Made by a program: the position numbers and the translations under genes. This document shows positions 30,850-40,393 of a DNA stretch of 64,000 nucleotides, piece after piece (position 1 is the first letter of the stretch; each line of letters starts with the position of its first letter). The notes under the pieces are model-generated. The model had not been told where the DNA came from and did no database searches. It saw only the letters and a list, made by a program, of their open reading frames with translations. The DNA is from Sulfolobaceae archaeon. GTDB lineage: Archaea > Thermoproteota > Thermoprotei_A > Sulfolobales > Sulfolobaceae. The DNA is taken from NCBI GenBank assembly GCA_038893355.1, contig JAWARQ010000002.1, positions 160,001 through 224,000 of the forward strand. Direction: 5' to 3'.

Positions 30850-31992
30850 GTGGCTGAAAATTTTAGTGTATCACCTTGGGAAGTAAAAGGAAAAATTGAT
30901 TATGACAAGCTTATTTTACAATTTGGTACTCAAAAAATAACTGATTCGTTGAAGGATAGAATTAAAAAAATAACCGGAGACCTTCATGTGTTTTTAAGGA
31001 GAAATATATTTTTTTCACATAGGGATTTGGATTTAGTAATAAAGGATTATGAAGAAGGAAAGGGATTCTATCTTTATACTGGCAGAGCACCTTCTTTAGG
31101 TATGCACATTGGTCATTTAATTCCCTTTATATTTACAAAGTGGCTTCAAGACAAGTTTAAAGTGAATGTATTTATCGAAATAGCTGATGATGAGAAGTTT
31201 ATGAGAAATCCAGAGTACACTCTAGAACAAGTAAGATATTGGTCTTATGATAATATACTTGATATTATAGCAGTAGGATTTGACCCCGATAGGACTTTCA
31301 TTTTTCAAGATACAGAATATATAAGGAATATGTATCCAATAGCCATAAAGATAGCTAGGAAACTTACGTTCTCTGAAGTTAGAGCAACTTTTGGTTTAGA
31401 TCCATCTTCTAATATAGGAATAATTTTCTATGTAGCACTTCAAATAGCACCGACAATGTTCGAAAAAAAGAGATGTCTTATACCGGCTGGAATTGATCAA
31501 GATCCTTATTGGAGGTTACAAAGAGATATAGCTGAAAGTTTAGGATATTACAAAGCAGCACAAATTCATAGTAAATTCTTACCACCCTTAACCGGACCAG
31601 AGGGTAAAATGAGCTCTTCTGATCCAAATTCTGCAATATATCTTACTGATGATCCAAAGACCGTGGAAAGAAAGATTATGAAGTACGCATTTTCGGGTGG
31701 GCAGCCGACTATTGAGTTACATCGAAAGTACGGCGGAAATCCAGAAATAGATGTTTCGTTTCAATGGTTATATTTCTTATTTGAGCCTGATGATAATAAG
31801 ATCAAGAAAATAGAAGAAGATTATAGGAGTGGAGCATTACTTACTGGTGAATTGAAACAGATACTAATAGAGAAGCTAAATGAATTTTTAGAAGAGCATA
31901 GGAAAAAGAGAGAAGAGGCTAAACAATTAATTAATTTATTTAAGTATGATGGAGAATTAGCTAGAGAGATGTGGAAAAAAATTCATGAGTAA
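30850..31992 (+). CDS. trpS: tryptophan--tRNA ligase
   Basis: YTGRAPS..MHIGH, GIDQDPY, KMSSS, YAFSGG. Confidence 0.96.
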   Translation: MAENFSVSPWEVKGKIDYDKLILQFGTQKITDSLKDRIKKITGDLHVFLRRNIFFSHRDLDLVIKDYEEGKGFYLYTGRAPSLGMHIGHLIPFIFTKWLQDKFKVNVFIEIADDEKFMRNPEYTLEQVRYWSYDNILDIIAVGFDPDRTFIFQDTEYIRNMYPIAIKIARKLTFSEVRATFGLDPSSNIGIIFYVALQIAPTMFEKKRCLIPAGIDQDPYWRLQRDIAESLGYYKAAQIHSKFLPPLTGPEGKMSSSDPNSAIYLTDDPKTVERKIMKYAFSGGQPTIELHRKYGGNPEIDVSFQWLYFLFEPDDNKIKKIEEDYRSGALLTGELKQILIEKLNEFLEEHRKKREEAKQLINLFKYDGELAREMWKKIHE

Positions 31993-32417
31993 TTTTTATA
32001 TATATTTAATTTTTTAAGATGATATACTACTAAATTTGTGGAAATGTTCAGAACTTTTGCTATTCTATAAATAGATTCTCCATTCAAATACATAGTCTTT
32101 ATTTTCTCTATATCCTCGTTAGTTAATTTTCTTTTTGATTTAACTAATTTATGTTTTTTAAGAATTCTTAATACAGTATTTATATTAATATTTAATGACT
32201 TACTTATTTTATTTGCACTATATCCTTGCCTAGCAAGCTCTAATATATTGTTTATTATCTCATAAGGAATCCTACCTCTAAATTGAATTTTAGCCTCTTT
32301 TAGAATCTTTCTAACTGCAGAATAACTCATGTTTAATTGGTTAGCTATTTCTCTAATACTCTTTCCAGATAGATAAAGGTTCTTTATTTGCTCTCGTAAA
32401 TCCAAATTTTTTTCCAT
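31983..32417 (-). CDS. cbp1: CRISPR DNA repeat-binding protein (three tandem HTH repeats)
   Basis: three imperfect repeats (Y..G.SI..IA..L..S...V...LK); position next to trpS matches recalled SSO0454. Confidence 0.78.
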   Translation of the reverse strand: MEKNLDLREQIKNLYLSGKSIREIANQLNMSYSAVRKILKEAKIQFRGRIPYEIINNILELARQGYSANKISKSLNININTVLRILKKHKLVKSKRKLTNEDIEKIKTMYLNGESIYRIAKVLNISTNLVVYHLKKLNIYKNYS

Positions 32418-32514
32418 AACGGAATTCTAAACTTGGAATTTAATTAATTTTCTCCAAATCCATCTGTTGGTAAAAGAGAATGCTTATAAGTGAATCCTAT
32501 TAAAATTATCAAAA

Positions 32515-33087
32515 ATGACATCAATTATTTATTCTTTCTTTATAGGAATTGTATTAGGACTTTCTCTAGCAGCACCGCCAGGACCAATAAATGCAATAAT
32601 GGCCTATGAGTCAACTAGGTCAAAATATAATGGGATTGCAGTGGGAGCGGGAGCAATGTCTGCGGATGTCATTTTCTTTATTATTACATATTTATTTTAT
32701 CAAATAATTCCTCCTAAAATTACAATATATTTTTACTTTATAGGTGGAGTAATAATGATATATCTTGCATACTTAGTAGTGAAATCTAAGCCAATAAAAA
32801 GAGATATTAAAGGTAATTATCTAGTAGGCCTAATGACTGGACTAACAAATCCTTTCCAAATAATCTGGTGGTTAACTGCAGGGTTGTCAATGATTAACCA
32901 ATTAACGATATATGTGATACCCGGATTCTTCGTTGGTATTTTAATATGGATTACTTCTTTTCCATTATTAATTAACCAATTATCTCTAAAATATAATATA
33001 AATTGGTATATAAAAATATTTTCATTTATAATATTATTAATATTTAGTATATTTTTACTTTATAATGGATTTTCTGCAATATTATGA
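32515..33087 (+). CDS. LysE family exporter
   Basis: GLSLAAPPGPIN, GAMSAD, LTNPFQIIWW. Confidence 0.88.
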   Translation: MTSIIYSFFIGIVLGLSLAAPPGPINAIMAYESTRSKYNGIAVGAGAMSADVIFFIITYLFYQIIPPKITIYFYFIGGVIMIYLAYLVVKSKPIKRDIKGNYLVGLMTGLTNPFQIIWWLTAGLSMINQLTIYVIPGFFVGILIWITSFPLLINQLSLKYNINWYIKIFSFIILLIFSIFLLYNGFSAIL

Positions 33088-34010
33088 TATTTTTTAGCTA
33101 TATTTAAAACCTTTTTTGCGACTTCAACTGGATCCTTACCGAATATGTAAGTATTAGGTTCAAGGCCTTTCCCGCCCAAATGGATAACGGCATCCATATT
33201 TTCCTGATAGACTGATGCAATAGATAAGGCAATACTTAAGTCATCAATTTCAGAAGAAGGACCAATAACTGCGAACTTAAAGTTTAATTCTTTTAGTATT
33301 TTCTCAATCTTTTCATCAAATTTTATATTCATTACTGCTCTAACTTCGGGCGAAATCTTCATTACGTTTAATAAGACTAGAGCTAGATGTTTACTCCCAC
33401 CCCATGCAGGCTTTGAAGATGCTTTAGGAATTTCAAATACTTTTGTTATTCTTCCAGGAATTGCTATTATATCTTTCTCAGATCTTGCGTTCCTTTTTGC
33501 AAATGCTATGTTACTAAGTACTTCTGGTATTAATGGCGTCACTATTCTGTTCTCAAGCATTAGTACTGCAATATTCATCAGTTCTTCTTCACTTTCTCTA
33601 TATAAATCTCTGCAAATTTCACAATCATTTGGTATATTGCTATCAATTTTTTTATGGTATCTACAAAACTTTAGATAACTTAAAGAAGAAAGGCCGAATA
33701 TTGTCAAATAACTCATTACTGCCTTTTGATCTCCCTTTAATAGAAGTTCAGTAATATTTTGTAAGAATTCTTCTATTTCCTCTTTAGATAGCCCTAAATC
33801 TATTAATTTAGAATACAAGTTTTCTTCAGATTCATCTAAATACTGCTTAATAGCTGGCTGTGTAACTCCTAGTAACATCGCAATTTTATTCTGGCTCATT
33901 CCTAATTGTCTTAATCTCTTTGCCTCTATTGCCCTTAAAGTAGGGATTAATATCTCTGTTATCATATCTAGTGGTGATTTAAACACGAGTATAGTTATAC
34001 TGAAACTCAA
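33060..34010 (-). CDS. HTH-ThiN domain thiamine regulator (ThiR-like)
   Basis: GMSQNKIAMLLGVTQPAI HTH plus ThiN domain (LIPEVLSN, AIPGRI, GGSKHLA, GLEP). Confidence 0.82.
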   Translation of the reverse strand: MSFSITILVFKSPLDMITEILIPTLRAIEAKRLRQLGMSQNKIAMLLGVTQPAIKQYLDESEENLYSKLIDLGLSKEEIEEFLQNITELLLKGDQKAVMSYLTIFGLSSLSYLKFCRYHKKIDSNIPNDCEICRDLYRESEEELMNIAVLMLENRIVTPLIPEVLSNIAFAKRNARSEKDIIAIPGRITKVFEIPKASSKPAWGGSKHLALVLLNVMKISPEVRAVMNIKFDEKIEKILKELNFKFAVIGPSSEIDDLSIALSIASVYQENMDAVIHLGGKGLEPNTYIFGKDPVEVAKKVLNIAKKYHNIAENPL

Positions 34011-34151
34011 AATTAAACTAAATTGTTGCTGAATTCTCCGCTTATCTCTTATAAGACTTAAAAAAGGAAGATTAATATAACTGCTGTATCTTGATAGAAA
34101 TATGAACCATTCATGATAGTAAGTAATATAATTAAGGAGAAAAATTTAAAA

Positions 34152-34203
34152 GTGATGATATGTGCCCGCGATACTGAAAAGTGATGATATGTAGCAAAGT
34201 TGA
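34152..34203 (+). ncRNA. box C/D guide sRNA, probable 23S helix 89 targets
   Basis: GTGATGA-tatgtgcccgcgata-CTGA-aaa-GTGATGA-tatgtagcaaag-TTGA; guides match recalled 23S GUCGCGGGCG and UUUGCUACAU. Confidence 0.8.
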
Positions 34204-34205
34204 TA

Positions 34206-34255
34206 ATGATGACGGTCTTCAGCAGCGAATTATGAGCACTAATCTCCCGGACTGA
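34206..34255 (+). ncRNA. box C/D guide sRNA, probable tRNA-Phe targets
   Basis: ATGATGA-cggtcttcagca-GCGA-...-aatctcccgga-CTGA; guides complementary to tRNA-Phe GCUGAAGACCG and CCGGGAGA. Confidence 0.75.
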
Positions 34256-34289
34256 TTTTATTTATAAATTTAAGAACTATACTGTTAGA

Positions 34290-34352
34290 TTGATAGGTGA
34301 AATAGTTCCACCCATCTGAGTTTAATGATGATTATCATACCTCTATCATTGA
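34290..34352 (+). ncRNA. possible atypical box C/D sRNA
   Basis: guide GTTCCACCC before CTGA (34316) matches recalled 16S GGGUGGAAC; ATGATGA at 34325; C box degenerate. Confidence 0.4.
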
Positions 34353-34652
34353 AAGTACATTACTAATCACTTCATCTATTACTTTCCTTTCTCCAATTAT
34401 TACAATATCATCTTTACTCGGTTCGTAAAATTTTAGTATTAGTTTAGCTATATTCTCGGGATTAACTGCAGTAACATCAATTACTTCACCGCCCTCAAGT
34501 TTATCAGATTCATATATTGCAATTGCCATATTTCTGTATACTGAGACCCTTAAGGTACCTACGATCTTTCCGTCCTCTACTTTCTTATAAACATAAAGCG
34601 ATGCCAAAGGTTCCGTCATTCCGTGCCTATAGTACTCTATGTGTTTGATCAT
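34335..34652 (-). CDS. hypothetical protein
   Basis: 105-aa ORF with typical composition, no motif recognised. Confidence 0.65.
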   Translation of the reverse strand: MIKHIEYYRHGMTEPLASLYVYKKVEDGKIVGTLRVSVYRNMAIAIYESDKLEGGEVIDVTAVNPENIAKLILKFYEPSKDDIVIIGERKVIDEVISNVLSMIEV

Positions 34653-34877
34653 ACTAGTAGCTAAATAGATATATTATTAAAAACATTCACTTATAAAATC
34701 ACTATAAATATACTTCACTAAAATATTGAACTCCACTAGATTATGATAATCATTTTTAAAATAATAAATTAATATTATCTATTTAAGTATAATTAAATCT
34801 AGCCCTAATTAAAAGTGAAAGTTCAATATATTGCTAAGATCATGTAGAATTTTTAAGTTTAATCTGTGAAGAAGATA

Positions 34878-34928
34878 ATGATGAAGAGAACTTACCCGGC
34901 TGAGTTATGAAGAGAGAGGGAAGACTGA
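34878..34928 (+). ncRNA. box C/D guide sRNA, probable 23S targets
   Basis: ATGATGA-agagaacttacccgg-CTGA-gtt-ATGAAGA-gagagggaaga-CTGA; D' guide complementary to conserved 23S CCGGGUAAGUUC. Confidence 0.85.
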
Positions 34929-34973
34929 GATAAAATAATATATTTAAGAATAAAATGCATATATTCTCCCAAT

Positions 34974-35894
34974 ATGCCACTAGATCCTGTATTTAGGAGT
35001 ATAATAGAACAATTTTCAAAGCAAAAGCCAGATATGAGTAGAATTACGCCGGAAGAATTTAGAAAGCTTATGAATACGTTACTGAGCATATCCCCTCGAG
35101 AGGACGTGTATAAAGTGAAAGACACAGTAGTAAAGGGTTCTCAAGCTGAAATACCTATTCGCCTCTACTATCCTAGTGAGAGACCTAATGGTATTCTTGT
35201 TTACTTCCACGGTGGTGGGTGGGTTATTGGAGATATTGAGTCTTATGATCCTCTATGTAGAGCAATAGCGAAGTCTTGCAATTGCATTGTAGCTTCAGTA
35301 GGATATCGTCTAGCACCTGAACATAAATTTCCTGCAGCCGTTATAGACTCGTTTGATAGTTTAAAATGGGTCTCAGAGAATGCAGAGGAAATAGGATCTA
35401 AGAAGGAATTAATAGCGGTAGGTGGGGATAGTGCAGGGGGAAATTTAGCTGCAGTTGTAAGTATACTAGCTAGAGATAACAATATACCTCTAAAATATCA
35501 AGTACTAATTTACCCTGCTGTAGGAATAGACGCAACTTCATATTCCATGATAGAGTATAGATGGGGTTTCTTCTTAGAAGCTGACATTATGAATTGGTTT
35601 TTAAGAAATTATATAAATAGTGTTAATGACATGCTAGATCCCAGATTTTCGCCAATATTAGCTGATGACCTTAAAGGGTTACCTCCTGCATTGGTAATTA
35701 CTGCAGAGTATGATCCTTTAAGAGATCAAGGAGAAGCATATGCCTCAAGACTTAGAAATGCAGGAGTTCCAGTAATTTCGGTCAGATTCAACGGTGTAAT
35801 ACATGGGTTCCTTTCATTCTTTGGTATCTCAGGCGCTGGGAGGGCTGCAATAGAACTTATAGGCTCTGTCTTAAAAAGGACATTTAAATCATAG
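34974..35894 (+). CDS. HSL-family esterase (alpha/beta hydrolase)
   Basis: HGGGW oxyanion motif, GDSAGG nucleophile, DPLRD, HGF. Confidence 0.93.
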   Translation: MPLDPVFRSIIEQFSKQKPDMSRITPEEFRKLMNTLLSISPREDVYKVKDTVVKGSQAEIPIRLYYPSERPNGILVYFHGGGWVIGDIESYDPLCRAIAKSCNCIVASVGYRLAPEHKFPAAVIDSFDSLKWVSENAEEIGSKKELIAVGGDSAGGNLAAVVSILARDNNIPLKYQVLIYPAVGIDATSYSMIEYRWGFFLEADIMNWFLRNYINSVNDMLDPRFSPILADDLKGLPPALVITAEYDPLRDQGEAYASRLRNAGVPVISVRFNGVIHGFLSFFGISGAGRAAIELIGSVLKRTFKS

Positions 35895-37206
35895 TATATT
35901 CCTTCTTTGCTTCTTCTAATACATTATACAATTCTTTAGAAGCATAATCTATACTACATTTCTTCACAGTCTCTTTTGCAAGACCTTCAAATTTCTCTCC
36001 GTATTTAATTGCTAATTTAATTTTTTCCTCTAGATCTTTATGATCTCCTCTCTTAAACGTATAACCATTACCGCCTTCTATTACTAGTTCACTTACCCCT
36101 GCACCGTCACTTACCACAACCGGTTTTCCATAAGTCCATGCCTCGCATATGGTTAATCCAAACCCTTCTACTTTAGACGGTAATATTACTACATTAGACC
36201 TTTGGTATAAGGCTTGAAGTGTTTCGTGCTCTACGTAACCAGTAAATACTACTTTATTTTCTATTCCCAATTCTTTAGATAAGTTATACAATTTCCTTAA
36301 CCATACGCTAGACTTATCGTGGCCTAACGTCTTACTAGTAAAGCTACCGTTACCAACTATCAATAGTTTTACGTCAAGATTTTTAACAGCCTTTATTACA
36401 ACATCTTGACTTTTTATTGGGTCCATTCTTCCTACAACTAATATTACAACATCTTGACTTTTTATTCCAAACTTATTTTCAATATTTTCTATTTCATTTT
36501 TTGACACACTTTTAAATTCTCTCGGATCTATAAAAGGATAAATTTGTTTCACTTTCACCCTAGCTCCAGACCTTACTAAACCTTCTAAGTCTCTCTTTGT
36601 ACTTACTACAACATAGTCAAAGGCTTCAAAGGATCTGACTATAAATTCCCTAAGCTTAATACTCAGATATTCGGGAATGAAAGGTATATGATACCATAAA
36701 ACCACAGGTGCGGAAGGTCCTATTATTCCACCTACGAGTAATTGTTGAAAATCATTTACTAGGTAAACATCAGTATCATCATAAAACTCTAGAAGTTTTT
36801 GGGCTGATATCCAGTTATATTGCGCGTAACCTAAATATTCTCTGCTAGAAATAATATTACAGCCTGTTAAACCATGGCTTTCGTTATATATGCATTCCTT
36901 AAATTTGGTATATGCTGAGAGAATATTATTAGGTACATCTACAAAATGTACTTCACTATCTAAATACTTTACTGAAGGGGGATACCCAGGCCCTAGACAT
37001 ACCCACCTAACTTTCTTGAACTTTATATTCTTAATTAATCCAATCATCATCTTAGCTACTCCGCCTACAGCAATTTGATAATCAGAAGGATCTAAGGAGT
37101 TTATATCAATTGGTAATTCTAAATATCCGTATTTATCTAGAAGATCTCGGTAATTTAGGTTAAATCTAAACGGAGGCGTTTGGGTATTAATAGTGAGTGA
37201 AATCAT
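35884..37206 (-). CDS. GT4 glycosyltransferase (TreT-like)
   Basis: [32 protein letters not shown]. Confidence 0.85.
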   Translation of the reverse strand: MISLTINTQTPPFRFNLNYRDLLDKYGYLELPIDINSLDPSDYQIAVGGVAKMMIGLIKNIKFKKVRWVCLGPGYPPSVKYLDSEVHFVDVPNNILSAYTKFKECIYNESHGLTGCNIISSREYLGYAQYNWISAQKLLEFYDDTDVYLVNDFQQLLVGGIIGPSAPVVLWYHIPFIPEYLSIKLREFIVRSFEAFDYVVVSTKRDLEGLVRSGARVKVKQIYPFIDPREFKSVSKNEIENIENKFGIKSQDVVILVVGRMDPIKSQDVVIKAVKNLDVKLLIVGNGSFTSKTLGHDKSSVWLRKLYNLSKELGIENKVVFTGYVEHETLQALYQRSNVVILPSKVEGFGLTICEAWTYGKPVVVSDGAGVSELVIEGGNGYTFKRGDHKDLEEKIKLAIKYGEKFEGLAKETVKKCSIDYASKELYNVLEEAKKEYTMI

Positions 37207-37430
37207 TTTTAAGACACTATCAAGTCCTTTTTTATACTTATAAATTTATATGAATTTGATCATTAAAATAATTGAAATATTTACTATTATATATCAGTTT
37301 TAATAGAAGATCTATATTTTTAATATTTATATTAAATAATTATTAATAAATTTAATTTCTAATAACTAAAAATTTTTGATATTATTGAGAATAATTGTAG
37401 TTAAGGAAAGTATAACTATTATGTTATAGT

Positions 37431-37644
37431 GTTTACCCATGGCGTAACTTATGATTACTTTTAATTACTTCTAATTCCGCCATAGGCACCTATAGGCGGG
37501 TCATAGGACTCCTTCGAGCCCAACAGCACGGGACTCACACTTCTGCACTCCTCACCCTCACCTCCTACGGTTGCGAACTTAGATCTGTTAGAGGCGAAGC
37601 ATGTGGTGCTTTTTTAGGCATAGTCCACATCGGCATTAGGGATC
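37431..37644 (-). mobile_element. IS200/IS605 (tnpB-type) terminal remnant or MITE-like element
   Basis: GC-richer island in AT-rich intergenic DNA with two hairpins; minus strand encodes SPVLLGSKESYDPP, like recalled Sulfolobales TnpB C-termini. Confidence 0.5.
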
Positions 37645-37773
37645 ATTTTTATCAATAAATGTAACATAAACGAATATAAAAAAGATTTCTATAGATAGGA
37701 AAAAAGAATTCAGGCCTTTTTAATAAATTAATAGTTTTGTTCAAAGTTAGAAATATATTGATAATGAATAATA

Positions 37774-39576
37774 GTGTTACAAATGGTAATAGCATGTACA
37801 AGGGATTGTTATGATACGTGTATATTTGATGATAATTACAAACCTTTAAATATTTTTCCAATAAACGGCTTTACCTGTTCTAGAGGATTAAAAGACCTAG
37901 AGAGGAATGGAAAAAATAGAATACTTAGTGCTATAATCGACGGGAAGGAGGTTTCTATAAATGATGCAATAAATTACGTAGCTAGAAAATTAAAGGAGGT
38001 TCTAAAGAAGGGTAAAGAGAGGATAATCCATGTTGATTACGATGGGAATCAAGGGTTGTTAACCTGGTATTATCCTAGAAGGTTATGGAATTTATTAGGA
38101 GTTAGTTCTACTGATTACAGTATTTGTTCGGCTGAGGGGCATAAGGCTATAGAGTTACATTACGGAACAAGTATGGGTGCTTTACCAGAAGAATTTCTTA
38201 ACTATGACTCCTTCGTAATATGGGGATCCGAGGCAAGCATTAGTTTTATTCACGGTTGGAAGTTGATGAGTAATAAGTACAAAGTAGTTATTGATGTAAG
38301 ATTAAGCGAGACTGCGAAAAAGAGTGAGAAGTCTTTTATTATAAACCCCAGTTCTGATGTTTTCCTAGCTATTGGAATTATTAAGAAACTTTTCGAAAAA
38401 AATTGGGTTTCACCTAAGGCTTATGAAATTCTTGATGACGTTAATAAGCTTAAATCTTATGTAGAATTATTCGAAATGTCGAAGATAGTTAAATATGTTG
38501 GAATAAGTGAGGAAGAAATAGAAGAGATTGCTAGAATATATTACGAGAGAAAACCCCTAACTATAATAGGTTTTGCATTAGGTAGGACTATAAATGGAGG
38601 TGACGCCATTTCATTAATCTCATTAATACCTGCATTAGTAGGAAATAGAAGGGGTTTCTTCTATTCGAATAGTCAGGGGTGGGGAATCGATTTTAGTTAT
38701 TTAGTAGGACTTCATTTAGGGAAACCAGTAAGGATAGTCGGAATGGCGGAAGTTGGATATGAGGTAGAAAAGGGTAATATTGAGTTTATGTTTGTATGGA
38801 ATTGTAATCCCATTCATTCATTACCTGGTTCTGATAGGATAGTTGATGCTGTTAAAGATGGCAGACTATTTTTAGTTGTTCATGACCCTTTTAATAACGA
38901 GACAACGAAGTTGGCTAATGTAGCAATACCTGCACCTACGTTTCTTGAGAAGTATGACGTAGTTTACAGTTACTGGCATAATTATTTAGTCTATAACGAG
39001 CCTATTCAAAGAAAAATAGGAATTACTGAAATAGAGCTAATGAGGGGTTTAGCAAAAGAGATCGGTATTATTCACGAGGGTATTTTTAAGGACGAATGGG
39101 AAGAGCTTGAGTACGCTTTAAGAAATACTGGTATTTCAATAAAAGATTTAAAGGAAAAGAAATTTATAAAAATTAAATCAAATATAAATGCTTTATACTA
39201 TAATAAGATAAAAGTAGAACCTTTACCACCACCAAAAAGTTTAAAGATGCCTAGTAAAAGGGTATTAGTTTTCTCCTCTCACCCTAATTATACTAATAGT
39301 CAATTTAAGGAAATCTATGGGGAAAGGAAATTGATAATATATAACAAGTACTATGAAGGAGAGGGCTGGTTAACTAGTAGGTATGGTAGAGTTAAGGTTT
39401 ATTTCGTAAAAGATGAAAAAGTTCCTGACAATGTTGTCTTTACATTTAAAAGTAACTTAGTTGGAATTGATGGAAAACCGCTAAATGCTCTAATAGGTTC
39501 AGAAAAAGGAAAATATGGTGGTACGCCATTATTAAATGGAACTGAGGTCGAGATTTATGTTGAAAAAGGTAGTTGA
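37774..39576 (+). CDS. molybdopterin oxidoreductase
   Basis: CTRDCYDTC...CSRG Fe-S motif, SICSAEG, VVHDPF..ET..LA. Confidence 0.85.
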   Translation: MLQMVIACTRDCYDTCIFDDNYKPLNIFPINGFTCSRGLKDLERNGKNRILSAIIDGKEVSINDAINYVARKLKEVLKKGKERIIHVDYDGNQGLLTWYYPRRLWNLLGVSSTDYSICSAEGHKAIELHYGTSMGALPEEFLNYDSFVIWGSEASISFIHGWKLMSNKYKVVIDVRLSETAKKSEKSFIINPSSDVFLAIGIIKKLFEKNWVSPKAYEILDDVNKLKSYVELFEMSKIVKYVGISEEEIEEIARIYYERKPLTIIGFALGRTINGGDAISLISLIPALVGNRRGFFYSNSQGWGIDFSYLVGLHLGKPVRIVGMAEVGYEVEKGNIEFMFVWNCNPIHSLPGSDRIVDAVKDGRLFLVVHDPFNNETTKLANVAIPAPTFLEKYDVVYSYWHNYLVYNEPIQRKIGITEIELMRGLAKEIGIIHEGIFKDEWEELEYALRNTGISIKDLKEKKFIKIKSNINALYYNKIKVEPLPPPKSLKMPSKRVLVFSSHPNYTNSQFKEIYGERKLIIYNKYYEGEGWLTSRYGRVKVYFVKDEKVPDNVVFTFKSNLVGIDGKPLNALIGSEKGKYGGTPLLNGTEVEIYVEKGS

Positions 39577-40387
39577 TGCACATGTTCATTTGGGCTATTT
39601 CTCAATGCCTAATCACTGTTATGATTTCGTAAAAAGAATAGGCTTTACTAGAGTAGATATTCACCCATCAGAACTAACACTTAGAGATGAAGAAATTGAG
39701 ATAGAGAAAATTTTACTAATTCCTTCATTTCCATGTGGAAATAATTTATGTACTGATGGATTTTATGATCAAGTTAAATGGAGGAAAGGATTTGAGGATA
39801 CTTTTTTACTTGTAGCTACTGTTAATCCTAATTGTAATATGGATATTAAAAAGGAATTAGAAAATCAGTATTCTCTAGGTGCAGTTGCTATCAAGCTACA
39901 TCCAGTTCATCATTATTATAAGCCTAATGACTATAGGCCAGAAGAAAAGGGTTTAAAGAACTTGATTGAAATTTATAGTTTTGCGGAAGATTATAAGTTA
40001 CCAATTATATTTCATACTGGAACAAGCATTGCAACGAATGCTAGAAATAAGTTCGGAGATCCGATTTTTATTGATGATGTAGTTAGAGATTTTAATGTTA
40101 ACGTAATTCTAGCTCATGCTGGAAGACCTATATGGTGTAATACGGCTTTTTATATGGCTAAAAACTATAGTAATGTTTATATAGAGATCTCATCAATACC
40201 CGTACATAGAATAAGAGAGTACATTCCCAGAATAAATGAGATATTAGATAAGGTTATATACGGGAGTGATTTTCCCCATTATAATGGGCAAACGTTGATT
40301 CAAAATGCTAAGGATATTGGAAACTTTTTTAAATGGGATAATAGAGTAATGAGGGAAAATATTATAAAACTAATAAGAATTCATTAA
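39536..40387 (+). CDS. amidohydrolase family protein
   Basis: DAHVH, IKLHP, FHTG, LAHAG, YGSDFP. Confidence 0.88.
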   Translation: MELRSRFMLKKVVDAHVHLGYFSMPNHCYDFVKRIGFTRVDIHPSELTLRDEEIEIEKILLIPSFPCGNNLCTDGFYDQVKWRKGFEDTFLLVATVNPNCNMDIKKELENQYSLGAVAIKLHPVHHYYKPNDYRPEEKGLKNLIEIYSFAEDYKLPIIFHTGTSIATNARNKFGDPIFIDDVVRDFNVNVILAHAGRPIWCNTAFYMAKNYSNVYIEISSIPVHRIREYIPRINEILDKVIYGSDFPHYNGQTLIQNAKDIGNFFKWDNRVMRENIIKLIRIH

Positions 40388-40393
40388 TTATTT

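Noticed and set aside
31983-32515. CRISPR array near cbp1
   Set aside because: No regularly spaced 24-37-bp repeats seen anywhere in the window.
34152-34212. Repeated GTGATGATATGT as a mini-CRISPR or tandem repeat
   Set aside because: Explained by the C and C' boxes of guide RNAs.
34892-35125. 77-aa minus-strand ORF
   Set aside because: Antisense to the esterase and a C/D sRNA.
37652-37861. 69-aa minus-strand ORF
   Set aside because: Overlaps the start of the molybdopterin oxidoreductase; no motif.
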